Shown here in pieces: positions 20,493 to 29,219 of a stretch of 64,000 nucleotides of DNA; within the stretch, counting starts at the first letter, position 1; each line of letters starts with the position of its first letter. The stretch spans positions 16,840 through 80,839 of the forward strand of contig JALEPZ010000034.1 of the NCBI GenBank assembly GCA_022767125.1, in the 5' to 3' direction. A program made the translations under genes and the position numbers. This stretch comes from Phocaeicola plebeius. Its GTDB lineage: Bacteria > Bacteroidota > Bacteroidia > Bacteroidales > Bacteroidaceae. The notes under the pieces are model-generated. The model had not been told where the DNA came from. It did no database searches and was given only the letters and a program-made list of their open reading frames with translations.

Positions 20493-21101
20493 TCAGTCCA
20501 CCATTGAGTCCATAAAAACCAAACTCTCCACTTTTTCCAAACGAGCCTTCAGCCTCAGCATCATAGACCGGCGGATACGGAGCCGCATGATGCAGTCCAT
20601 GTCATACGCCTGAAACACGATTTCCGGTTCCTCCTCCTTGACGATGCGCATCACATCGTTCATGAACGGATATTCAAAACGCACTTCCACCTCCTCATCC
20701 ACCGTCTTCTCAATGACCTCAGCCTCCGCCAGGGCCAGCGCCGTCGCCTCACGGTAGGCCACGATAAGCCCGCTTGTTCCCAACTTAATGCCACCGAAGT
20801 AGCGTACCACCACCACCATCACATCCGTCAGCCCGTTCGAGTTGATCTGACCCAAGATAGGCTTTCCAGCCGTTCCCGACGGCTCGCCGTTGTCGTTGGC
20901 CCGGAAGTCTGTCCGCTTCGGGCCCAGCATGTAGGCATAGCACACATGGCGAGCGTCGTAATATTCCTTCTGGTACTTCTCCAGCTGCTCTTTCACCTCC
21001 TCCACCGACCTCACCGGCAGAGCAAACGCCAGGAACTTGCTCCGTTTCTCCGTATATGATGCCTCCGCTGGAGCCACTATTGTCTTATATGTATCTTCCA
21101 C
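20493..21101 (-). CDS. yigZ: YigZ/IMPACT family protein
   Basis: EKRSKF, ARHVCYAY, DNGEPSGTAGKP, RYFGGIKLG. GTG start. Confidence 0.93.
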   Translation of the reverse strand: MEDTYKTIVAPAEASYTEKRSKFLAFALPVRSVEEVKEQLEKYQKEYYDARHVCYAYMLGPKRTDFRANDNGEPSGTAGKPILGQINSNGLTDVMVVVVRYFGGIKLGTSGLIVAYREATALALAEAEVIEKTVDEEVEVRFEYPFMNDVMRIVKEEEPEIVFQAYDMDCIMRLRIRRSMMLRLKARLEKVESLVFMDSMVD

Positions 21102-21113
21102 TCTCTTCCCCTT

Positions 21114-22082
21114 CTAATGCAACAACCGTTCAATCTCCTCTGAAGGCAACCCCGTATATTTGGCGATGACAGAAACAGGCAATCCATCCATCATCATTCC
21201 TTTTGCGATTTCCAAGGTTCGTTCCGCACTTCCTTCAGCACGACCTTCAGCACGACCTTCAGCACGACCTTCAGCTCGACCTTCCGCCAGACCTTCAGCA
21301 CGACCTTCCGCCAGACCTTCAGCATGACCTTCAGCATGACCTTCCATCTTGGCTGTATTCAACACATCCATCTGAATGGCAATCGCATTCAGGTGTTCAT
21401 CGTAAGCGGCACGTTCCTGACGGGACATGGAATAATAGAGCAATTTCTCACGGGCTTCTCCAAGTCCTGGTGCGTGCGTATCCGGACGGATAACTCCTTC
21501 CTTTAGGTACTGCATCCATTCTTCTAACGGAGTTACAGCCACTTTATTGAACTCGTTCACGCGAATCAGAATATATTCTGGGAAAATTGTCTCTGGAGAA
21601 CGATTGACAATCACATTCCGCTCCTTCTTAGTGATTTGAAGACTGTCTTTTGTATGGACACCCACAAAATGGTTCTGGCCATGGTAAAGATAATCAGTAC
21701 CCTTACCGATGTCAAAATAAAGAATGCTGATGGAATACACCTTTTTTACGTTTTGGTAGGATTCGCCCAAAGAAATGTGTTCCGTAATGGCCTTGGCCAC
21801 CCCGTACAAGATGCGTTCCAGGTAGTAAAGTTCTCGAGTATTCTGCACTTCGATAATGACCATCTCTCCTTTCGAGTTCTTGGCCTTGATATCCACACGA
21901 TTGAACTTATCATCTGAAGAAGACTGGTTTCCTTCACTTTCCAAGATTTCCACGATGGTGACTGGCTCGCCAATAAACGTAGTCAAAAACCCCTCCAACA
22001 CGCCGAAGTTGGCTTTCTGTCGGAGCAGACGTTTGATGGCCCAATCAAACCTAATATAGCGGTCTTGAATCTCTGCTGACAT
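21114..22082 (-). CDS. Rpn family / PD-(D/E)XK nuclease ('putative transposase')
   Basis: RFDWAIKRLL, VDIKAK...IIEVQN catalytic motif, EGxA repeat tail and terminal TGLPSEEIERL. ATG at 22082; own TACCTTTG box at 22107-22114; more AT-rich than its flanks. Confidence 0.92.
   Translation of the reverse strand: MSAEIQDRYIRFDWAIKRLLRQKANFGVLEGFLTTFIGEPVTIVEILESEGNQSSSDDKFNRVDIKAKNSKGEMVIIEVQNTRELYYLERILYGVAKAITEHISLGESYQNVKKVYSISILYFDIGKGTDYLYHGQNHFVGVHTKDSLQITKKERNVIVNRSPETIFPEYILIRVNEFNKVAVTPLEEWMQYLKEGVIRPDTHAPGLGEAREKLLYYSMSRQERAAYDEHLNAIAIQMDVLNTAKMEGHAEGHAEGLAEGRAEGLAEGRAEGRAEGRAEGRAEGSAERTLEIAKGMMMDGLPVSVIAKYTGLPSEEIERLLH
21226..21345 (-). repeat. Tandem array of about 10 x 12 bp (CCTTCAGCACGA on +) encoding EG[HLRS]A
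   Basis: Units counted directly in 21232-21345. Confidence 0.95.
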
Positions 22083-22345
22083 AATATAATACAAGTTTGA
22101 ACGTTACAAAGGTATGTTTTTCTTTTTAATTCTGCAAGTCAAAACACCAAACTAATCAGCCATTCTTTGCTGCATCAACCATCAGTCCTCCCGGTCGGAT
22201 ATAAAAAAAAGAAGAGGTCAGAGTTCAAATTAAATCCAAAAGAATTTTACATCTTGTAGAAATCTTATAATTATACAAATTGCAATAACCATAATCAGAC
22301 TATAAACAAAAAAGTATGATTAACGTGAGTTCGATGAATATCGAT

Positions 22346-22475
22346 CGTATTGGAAAGGACCTGTCTAGGAAAAGCATCCTGTCTTGCTGCGTTGGCAAAG
22401 CCAGCCATCTTCATCGGGAATAAGGTCATTAACCTTACAGCCTCAAAGTTATTAATCTTTCGGAAATAGAATTAT
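22346..22475 (+). repeat. Dispersed ~130-bp element, copy A
   Basis: About 75% identical by hand alignment to 61212-61341; twin near-palindromic boxes AAGGTCATTAACCTT and AAAGTTATTAATCTT, 23 bp apart. Confidence 0.8.
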
Positions 22476-22517
22476 GTCCTTTCCTTCTGCAAGTTTCAAT
22501 TCATAAATTCACGTTAA

Positions 22518-23441
22518 TTACGCTCTTTTCCTCCATCCAACCACCGTTCGACTGAACAAGTCTGTCAGCGGATGGGCGGCAATGATGAGTGTCACCGCCG
22601 TCAGTACGAGCAACACACCTAATACGATGCGCAGTGTCAAGACCTCCCCGAACACCACCACACCGAAGAATAAGGCTGTCACCGGCTCCAGGGCTCCCAG
22701 AATGGCGGTCGGTGTGGATCCAATGTACTGAATGGCCTTCGCCATTGCCACGAGCGAAACTACCGTTGGGAAGAAGGCCAGGCAGCACACGTCGGCCCAC
22801 ATCAGCTGATGACGGATAAGGGGGACGGAAGCTCCGAAATCGAGCCGGACTACAAACAGCAGAAGCCCGAACAGCAGCGAATAGAAAGTGAGCTTGACGG
22901 CCGGTAACTGCCCCAAGGACGAATGGTTGACCGCCACCATGTAGATAGCATACGCAAGCGACGATCCGAAGACCATAGCCACTCCCGTGAGGCTCAGCGT
23001 CTGTCCGCCTTTTCCCCTGTAAAGCAGGGAGATACCCAAAAAGGCCATAGCAATGGACACGGCCGTCAGCACCGACACGTGCTCTTTGAAACACACGGCC
23101 ATAATGACAGCTACCAGCACAGGATAGATGAAGAGCAAGGTCGAGGCAATGCCTGCATCCATATAGTTATAGCTATCGAACAGCAGAAGCGACGAGAGGG
23201 CAAACAGCACTCCCAACCCTGCCAACGGCAACACCTGTCTGAGATGGATGCCAAAGGAAACACCCTTCAGTTTCATCACCGCCATCAGCATCAGCAGGGC
23301 CAGTCCGTAACGGTAAAACAGCACTGCATCGGGGGTCATCCCCTCGCGGCTGTACAAGGGCAGGCCAAAAAGCGGATTTACGCCATAGCTGGCCGCCGCC
23401 AATGCCCCATAGGCATATCCCTTAAAAGCAACGTGGTTCAT
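22518..23441 (-). CDS. EamA/DMT family transporter
   Basis: About 10 TM segments in two EamA repeats (GIASTLLFIYPV, TAILGALEPVTA). TACTTTTG box at 23476-23483. Confidence 0.93.
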   Translation of the reverse strand: MNHVAFKGYAYGALAAASYGVNPLFGLPLYSREGMTPDAVLFYRYGLALLMLMAVMKLKGVSFGIHLRQVLPLAGLGVLFALSSLLLFDSYNYMDAGIASTLLFIYPVLVAVIMAVCFKEHVSVLTAVSIAMAFLGISLLYRGKGGQTLSLTGVAMVFGSSLAYAIYMVAVNHSSLGQLPAVKLTFYSLLFGLLLFVVRLDFGASVPLIRHQLMWADVCCLAFFPTVVSLVAMAKAIQYIGSTPTAILGALEPVTALFFGVVVFGEVLTLRIVLGVLLVLTAVTLIIAAHPLTDLFSRTVVGWRKRA

Positions 23442-23718
23442 TCTTTTCTTCTTTTTTTTGTTGGTTTTCGGGATGCAAAAGTAGTCAAAAAAGAGGGCAG
23501 CTTCTCAAAAATAAGTTTTTTTAAACTCTACACTGGTTCCACCTCTCCCCTTAGGCCATCTGCATCCTCTCCTCTCGCTACTCCGTCGTCATTAGCGGTT
23601 CTCTTCATCTCCCATTCCATACCAGCCTTGTTGACAACCATCAAACCATCGTCTTCCATCTTGTAAGAATCTCACCGGGTTATCTCCCCTCACGAACTTA
23701 CAGAAGTCATCTATTCAT

Positions 23719-24999
23719 CTACCTGTTCTTGCGAAGTTTCTTGACAGCATGTTCGAGCGATTCGGTCGGTTCAATGATATTATAGTCCTTCCAATACCCC
23801 TCGTCCCAATAGTCCTCCACAACATCGTAGAAAACCTGTTGAGGATGGAACGCATCGCGACGGGCAATGATCCGGTCGGGATGTTCTTCCCGTTCCACGA
23901 CCACCATTTCCGAACGGGCCGTATAGGAGGAGGCAAAAAGACGGCGCTTCCAGTCGCACTTGAAGCGGATCTCGTTGCAGAGGTAATGCAGACAGGTTAC
24001 ATCGCCCTGCTGACGGTAAGTAATAAGGAAACGGACCTCCTGCGGACGGAAGCGCAATCCTGCCGGTTTCTTGCGGAGAATGGCAGCAACGGCCAAAGCA
24101 CGGTCGGAAAAGTCGAGAGCAAACTCGGCACGGGAGAAACAAAGGCGCTGGCAGTCGATGAACAGTTTTCCCTCGAAAAGGGCATAGTCCAAACGGACTC
24201 GCGGACAGAAACTGACCACGTAATGCAACCGGTCATCCAACAGGACGGAAGGTTCGAGGCGGAACGCATACAGGTCGAGCGAAGCTTCGTCGAGCAGGAT
24301 ATCGGGATTCTTCGCCACATCGAAAGAGAGGGAAAGGCTGGGGCCTCCTACTACCTTCACCGCCAACGTATCGCTTTGCCGCTGGCTGAGGAGACGGCGG
24401 CCACGGGTCAGCTGCACCTTGTCGTTTCCAATGTCGCGACGGACATACGAGGTCTTGTAGACATCCATCATCGCCTCGGAAATGCCTATGTAACGGTGTC
24501 TTTTCTGAATGGTTTCGCGGTAGAAGGCTGTCATCAGGTTGTCGGTAAGGGGATAATTGGCGGGAACCTTGCGGAGGGCCTGCTCAACGATGCGACGGGC
24601 CTCACCGCCATAGATAACCACTTCATCCAGCTGGCTGGCTACGGGAACCATGACAAGATTGACGGATCGATGGCCTCTACCGTCCTTTTCTTCCGCAGGA
24701 GCAAACCGGGTGTTCAAGTAGCCCAGGTGTGACAGTTCTACACGGGCATCGGACCATCCGGCAGGAATCTTCAACGTGAACTCCCCTTCGGCATTCGTCA
24801 CCGTCCCGACAGTGGTTCCGACCAGTGCCACCGTGACATTCTCCAGTTTTTTGCGGGTGTCGCGGTCACGAACAACACCGGACACAACCTGTTCGCCATC
24901 CGCTGCCTGTGAGGTCTGTGCCCGAAGGGGAAGGCAGGCTGTCGCCCACAGGACGGATATCCCGACCCAACTCATCAAAGCAAATATCCGTTTCATCAT
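23719..24999 (-). CDS. Carboxypeptidase-like regulatory domain (CarbopepD_reg_2) secreted protein
   Basis: Signal peptide, VSGVVRD...GTVTNAEGEFTL and C-terminal YWKDYNIIEPTESL. TAAATTTG box at 25042-25049. Confidence 0.85.
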   Translation of the reverse strand: MMKRIFALMSWVGISVLWATACLPLRAQTSQAADGEQVVSGVVRDRDTRKKLENVTVALVGTTVGTVTNAEGEFTLKIPAGWSDARVELSHLGYLNTRFAPAEEKDGRGHRSVNLVMVPVASQLDEVVIYGGEARRIVEQALRKVPANYPLTDNLMTAFYRETIQKRHRYIGISEAMMDVYKTSYVRRDIGNDKVQLTRGRRLLSQRQSDTLAVKVVGGPSLSLSFDVAKNPDILLDEASLDLYAFRLEPSVLLDDRLHYVVSFCPRVRLDYALFEGKLFIDCQRLCFSRAEFALDFSDRALAVAAILRKKPAGLRFRPQEVRFLITYRQQGDVTCLHYLCNEIRFKCDWKRRLFASSYTARSEMVVVEREEHPDRIIARRDAFHPQQVFYDVVEDYWDEGYWKDYNIIEPTESLEHAVKKLRKNR

Positions 25000-25093
25000 A
25001 TCTTTCTGTTATTACGTGAATGAATAGTGTCTACTCGACTACAAATTTAGTAATTTTTTTATTTCCTGTGTATACAAGTAGCAAAATAATGTT

Positions 25094-25101
25094 TACCTTT
25101 G
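25094..25101 (+). promoter_or_regulatory. -7 promoter box for the riboswitch-controlled operon
   Basis: TACCTTTG immediately upstream of the riboswitch. Confidence 0.75.
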
Positions 25102-25106
25102 CAGCA

Positions 25107-25290
25107 GATTTTGGTGCCCGCGGCCGACAATCCGTCCGCAACGGGTGAAAAGGGAACCAGGTGAAAATCCTGGGCAGACACCGCTGCTGTAAGCTCCGTA
25201 TGCGTCTTCGATATCCGCAATCAGCCACTGTTTCCTCTGGGATACGGGAAGGCATCGAAGATGGGGCAAGCCAGAAGACCTGCCAAAGTC
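25107..25290 (+). ncRNA. Cobalamin (AdoCbl class) riboswitch
   Basis: Ordered conserved blocks GGTG, AAAAGGGAA, GGTGAAAATCC, CGCTGCTGTAA, GCCACTG, GGGAAGG, AAGCCAGAAGACCTGCC; upstream of B12 genes. Confidence 0.93.
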
Positions 25291-25463
25291 GTTGAGTGTA
25301 AAGCTTTCGGGAAATAAAAGCTGCGGACACCCTACATGATGTTTCCTTCTCCGCATGACCAGTGTATGCGACTTGGAGATGTTACCCCTATTGGGTCCTC
25401 TCCAGAAAAGCCTGTAAATGGCTCCGCATGTGTCTTTTGTACCTCCCAAAAGTTTTTTGGATA

Positions 25464-27845
25464 ATGAAAAAACGTGTAAGAATGGACAAGAACAGATGGA
25501 CAGCACTGGTAGGACTACTGTGGCTCTGCCTGCTGGAGGCCGCCGCACAGGGACAATGGACGCTTTCAGGGTTCGTGAAAGACATTCACGGGAAACCTGT
25601 GTCTGCCGCCGCCGTGGCCATACAGGAAACGTCAACTGGTACCTATACGGACGACCACGGAGCATATGCGCTACGGTTGGCTCCGGGTATCCACCGGGTA
25701 ACGGTCACCCTCATCGGCTACCAGCCTCAGGAAGTAGAGGTTCGTCTGCTAAAGAATGAACGGCTGGACTTTGTGCTCCTGGAAGCAGCCATCGGATTGG
25801 AGACAGTCACCGTGACAGGTAAGAGCAAAACTCAGCGACTCCGCGAAGGTGCCTACGCCGTCAATGCCCTCGACATCCGGTCGCTGAGCAGTTCCATCAG
25901 TAGCCTGAGCGATGTGGTCAACCGCACCACCGGCATCTGCATCCGGGAGGAGGGAGGAAAAGGCTCGGACTTTGACCTCTCCATCAACGGCCTGTCGGGC
26001 AACTCCATCCGCTACTTTCTGGACGGTGTACCCCTCGACACGAAAGGGACGGGTATGACGCTGGCCAACTTGCCGGTGAACCTCATCGAACGCATAGAAA
26101 TCTATAAAGGGGTCATTCCGGCCAGTCTGGGCACGGATGCCCTGGGAGGGGCCATCAACATCATCACGCAGCAGCAACAGAAGAACTTTACCGACGTGTC
26201 TTATGGCACCGGCTCATTCCATACCCACCAACTAGATTTCAACGGCCAGTTCACCCTGCCCAAGATGCACCTCATCGTACGGCCCGTACTGGGCGTAAAC
26301 TACTCGAAGAACGATTATAAGATGAAAGGCGTGGAAATCCGCAACGAGGACCGAACGGGCTTCATCGTCACCGACTGCCACCGCTTTCACGATGACTACC
26401 TGTCACTGTTCGGACAGGTGGAAGCTGGCGTGAAGCAACAGCGGTGGGCGGATGAGTTCTTCGTATCGGCCTCCATCGCCAAGACGGACAAGGAGTTGCA
26501 GACTGGCTCAGTACAATCGTGGGTGTACGGCATGGCGGAACGCAACACCCGTTCCTACAGCCTGTCGGCCCGCTACAGCAAAACGGACTTCCTAGTAAAG
26601 GGGCTGGATGTGCAGGCCCACTTATCGCAGACCTGGGACCACTCAGCCACCATCGACACCACCTACCGGAAATACTATTGGGACGGGAGCTATATCAACG
26701 GTTCGTACAGCGAAATCCGTGGACGCGCACGCACATGGCGCCACTACAAGCGGCCCATGACCCTGCTCCGCACCAACTGGGAATATTCCTGGAACGAACA
26801 CCACTCACTCAGTCTGAACTACCTGCTGAATCGTACGGGCAACCGCCAGTACGATGAGGTTGACCCGACCTATGTGCCTACCAACGACGTGCTGCTGAAG
26901 CACGTGACGAGCCTTTCGTACAACCAGTCGTTCTGCGGGGGACGCATGGACAATGTGTTCTTCCTGAAGGAATACATCAACCACCTGAAGGTGGAGCAGA
27001 CAGAACTGGGCACCATCACGGGAACTAGTGAGGCTCCATCTTCTGATACGCAGGCTTTTCTGGGAGGGGGTGCGGGAAGCCGGTTCCGGCTAGCCGAACC
27101 ATTCGCCATAAAGGCCTCCTACGAACATAGTGTCCGGTTACCGATCGCACGGGAACTGCTGGGCAACGGGTCGACCATCTATTCCAACGTCCTCTTGCGT
27201 CCCGAGTGCAGCGAGAATTTCAACATCGGGATATTCGGTACCTGGCAGTTGGGACGCAACCACCGGATCTCCTATGAAGCGAACGGCTTCGTGCGGCTGG
27301 TGGATGACTACATCCAGGCCACTGTCACCGAACAGGAGGGCATGATGCAGTACGAGAACGTGGAGGCCGTCCACGTGAAAGGCATAGAGGGGGAAATACG
27401 CTACGACTGGAACGACCACCTGCACCTCATGGCCAATGCCAGCTACCAAGATGCCCGCGACCAACAGGCATTCAAGAAGGACGGCAAGCCATCGGTGACC
27501 TACAAGAACCGTACCCCGAACAAGCCTTGGGCTTTCGCCAATGCAGAAGCGGCCTACACGTTCCACAACGTGGGACTGCCCACCAGCCGCCTGAAGCTGA
27601 GCATGGATTACCAATGGATCCATTGGTTCTACCTGACCTGGGAGGCATACGGTTCGTCGAAGACGAAGGCCCGAGTGCCCTCGCAGCACATCACCAATGC
27701 CTCGCTACTCTACTCGTGGAACCAGGGTCGCTACAACCTATCGGTAGAGTGTACGAACCTGTTCGACAAGCTTGCCTACGACAATTACATGCTCCAGAAG
27801 CCGGGACGGGCTTTCTTTGCAAAAATCCGACTGTTCCTTCACTGA
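25464..27845 (+). CDS. TonB-dependent receptor (CarbopepD_reg + plug + barrel)
   Basis: N-terminal extension, plug motif INGLSGNSIRYFLDGVP / IERIEIYKG, terminal beta strand with aromatic residues. Start at 25464 or 25482. Confidence 0.92.
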   Translation: MKKRVRMDKNRWTALVGLLWLCLLEAAAQGQWTLSGFVKDIHGKPVSAAAVAIQETSTGTYTDDHGAYALRLAPGIHRVTVTLIGYQPQEVEVRLLKNERLDFVLLEAAIGLETVTVTGKSKTQRLREGAYAVNALDIRSLSSSISSLSDVVNRTTGICIREEGGKGSDFDLSINGLSGNSIRYFLDGVPLDTKGTGMTLANLPVNLIERIEIYKGVIPASLGTDALGGAINIITQQQQKNFTDVSYGTGSFHTHQLDFNGQFTLPKMHLIVRPVLGVNYSKNDYKMKGVEIRNEDRTGFIVTDCHRFHDDYLSLFGQVEAGVKQQRWADEFFVSASIAKTDKELQTGSVQSWVYGMAERNTRSYSLSARYSKTDFLVKGLDVQAHLSQTWDHSATIDTTYRKYYWDGSYINGSYSEIRGRARTWRHYKRPMTLLRTNWEYSWNEHHSLSLNYLLNRTGNRQYDEVDPTYVPTNDVLLKHVTSLSYNQSFCGGRMDNVFFLKEYINHLKVEQTELGTITGTSEAPSSDTQAFLGGGAGSRFRLAEPFAIKASYEHSVRLPIARELLGNGSTIYSNVLLRPECSENFNIGIFGTWQLGRNHRISYEANGFVRLVDDYIQATVTEQEGMMQYENVEAVHVKGIEGEIRYDWNDHLHLMANASYQDARDQQAFKKDGKPSVTYKNRTPNKPWAFANAEAAYTFHNVGLPTSRLKLSMDYQWIHWFYLTWEAYGSSKTKARVPSQHITNASLLYSWNQGRYNLSVECTNLFDKLAYDNYMLQKPGRAFFAKIRLFLH

Positions 27846-27880
27846 CAACAATGATTCATCAACCCAATAACAAAACAGAT

Positions 27881-29203
27881 ATGAAAACAAAAAAATTCTT
27901 ATGGAATGCCTTCATGGCCGTGTGCATGACCCTTTCGGCCACATTGCTGACCGGATGCTCGGACGATGACGAGACGATTGCCAAACCCGAAGAACCGGAA
28001 GTAAAGACCAACTACCGCTTCGACTTGTTTGTATGTGCCAAGAACCACGGCGGAATGAGCCAGAACAAAAACGGAACATTCGTGCGTAGCGTACCGGCCC
28101 TGACAGCCGACCAACCGATGGTAGAATTTACCGGCAAGGGAATCGACATCACCCAAACCTACACGATGGAAAGCATCACGAAAGGGAAGTACTACTACCA
28201 GGTACCCCAATCACCGGCCGACCGGTTCTCGAAGTTCCAGATTCTGACCGACGCCGAAGGCGATGAATACATCCAGACGGTGGCAGAAGTGCCGTTCAAG
28301 GACAACACGTACTATGCCCGCAAGTACACCCATGCCTGGCTTGACGATGCCACTTTGGTGATTGTTGGAACAGATGCTGCCCACAAGATTGTCTATTGGT
28401 CGAAGCTAAAGGATGCAGACACCTCACTCAGCATCGAAAGCGAAGGCACACTGGACATTCCCCTTCCAGAGAACGCCAGCGCACTGTCCACTTCGGGAAT
28501 CCTGACCTATCGGGCATCGGACAAGAAACTATACTATTTCTATAACGCCAAGATAGCAGCCGGTATTACCCAAGCTTCCACATCCACCCTCTACATTGCC
28601 ATCATTGACCCGGCTACCATGAAGGTCGAGTCAAACCTGCCTGTCGACAAAGCCCTGGCCGAGGAGACAGCCGCCAGTGCCTACGGCGAACTGATGCAGA
28701 ACACGGTGATGTATGACGACCAGGACAATCTCTATTTGGCCTGTCTGAAGACCATCAACGATCAGGAATGCGGCACTCTGCTCCGCATGAACGCTGGCCA
28801 AACCACCTTCGACCCGACCTACAACGGATTCCCGAACCCTGAAGGCAAACTGCTGACCATCCAGTTTACCGGTTGCGGAAAGGCACTGGCTTATTCCAGC
28901 AACAACGAACTGGGGACAGGCAAGAACGACGTCAGCTACTTCTACTCAATCATCCGCCTTGCCGACGGCAGCCGCGAACGCTTGAAGTTCAACGGACAAG
29001 AGATGCGCTATTGCAGTGGCCGCTTCTCCCAGCGCAGTGTCGTGCTGGACGGTAAGACCTATTTCGGACTGACTGAAGGAACGGGCGAAGACGAGTATCC
29101 GACCATCTACATCTACGATGCCGAAACCGATAGCGTGGAAGAAGGAATCAAGCTGTCGAAAGGCTTCTGCTTCGACATCATTCGAATACTAGAAGCAGAA
29201 TAA
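27881..29203 (+). CDS. Surface lipoprotein, DUF4374/XusB-like, beta-propeller predicted
   Basis: Lipobox LTG-C followed by acidic SDDDE (surface-export-like signal), beta-rich sequence, directly after the TBDT. The family call is from resemblance only. Confidence 0.65.
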   Translation: MKTKKFLWNAFMAVCMTLSATLLTGCSDDDETIAKPEEPEVKTNYRFDLFVCAKNHGGMSQNKNGTFVRSVPALTADQPMVEFTGKGIDITQTYTMESITKGKYYYQVPQSPADRFSKFQILTDAEGDEYIQTVAEVPFKDNTYYARKYTHAWLDDATLVIVGTDAAHKIVYWSKLKDADTSLSIESEGTLDIPLPENASALSTSGILTYRASDKKLYYFYNAKIAAGITQASTSTLYIAIIDPATMKVESNLPVDKALAEETAASAYGELMQNTVMYDDQDNLYLACLKTINDQECGTLLRMNAGQTTFDPTYNGFPNPEGKLLTIQFTGCGKALAYSSNNELGTGKNDVSYFYSIIRLADGSRERLKFNGQEMRYCSGRFSQRSVVLDGKTYFGLTEGTGEDEYPTIYIYDAETDSVEEGIKLSKGFCFDIIRILEAE

Positions 29204-29219
29204 TCCTCTGGAAGATAAC

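Noticed and set aside
21226-21345. 12-bp periodic array as a possible CRISPR or non-coding repeat
   Set aside because: There are no spacers, the array is in frame within the Rpn gene, and no cas genes are present.
21114-22082. Rpn gene as an active transposon
   Set aside because: No terminal repeats or target duplications are visible, and transposition has not been shown for this family.
22322-22335. AACGTGAGTTCGAT just upstream of element copy A, reminiscent of an IS terminal sequence
   Set aside because: I found no matching inverted partner, transposase or target duplication in the window, and the resemblance is from memory only.
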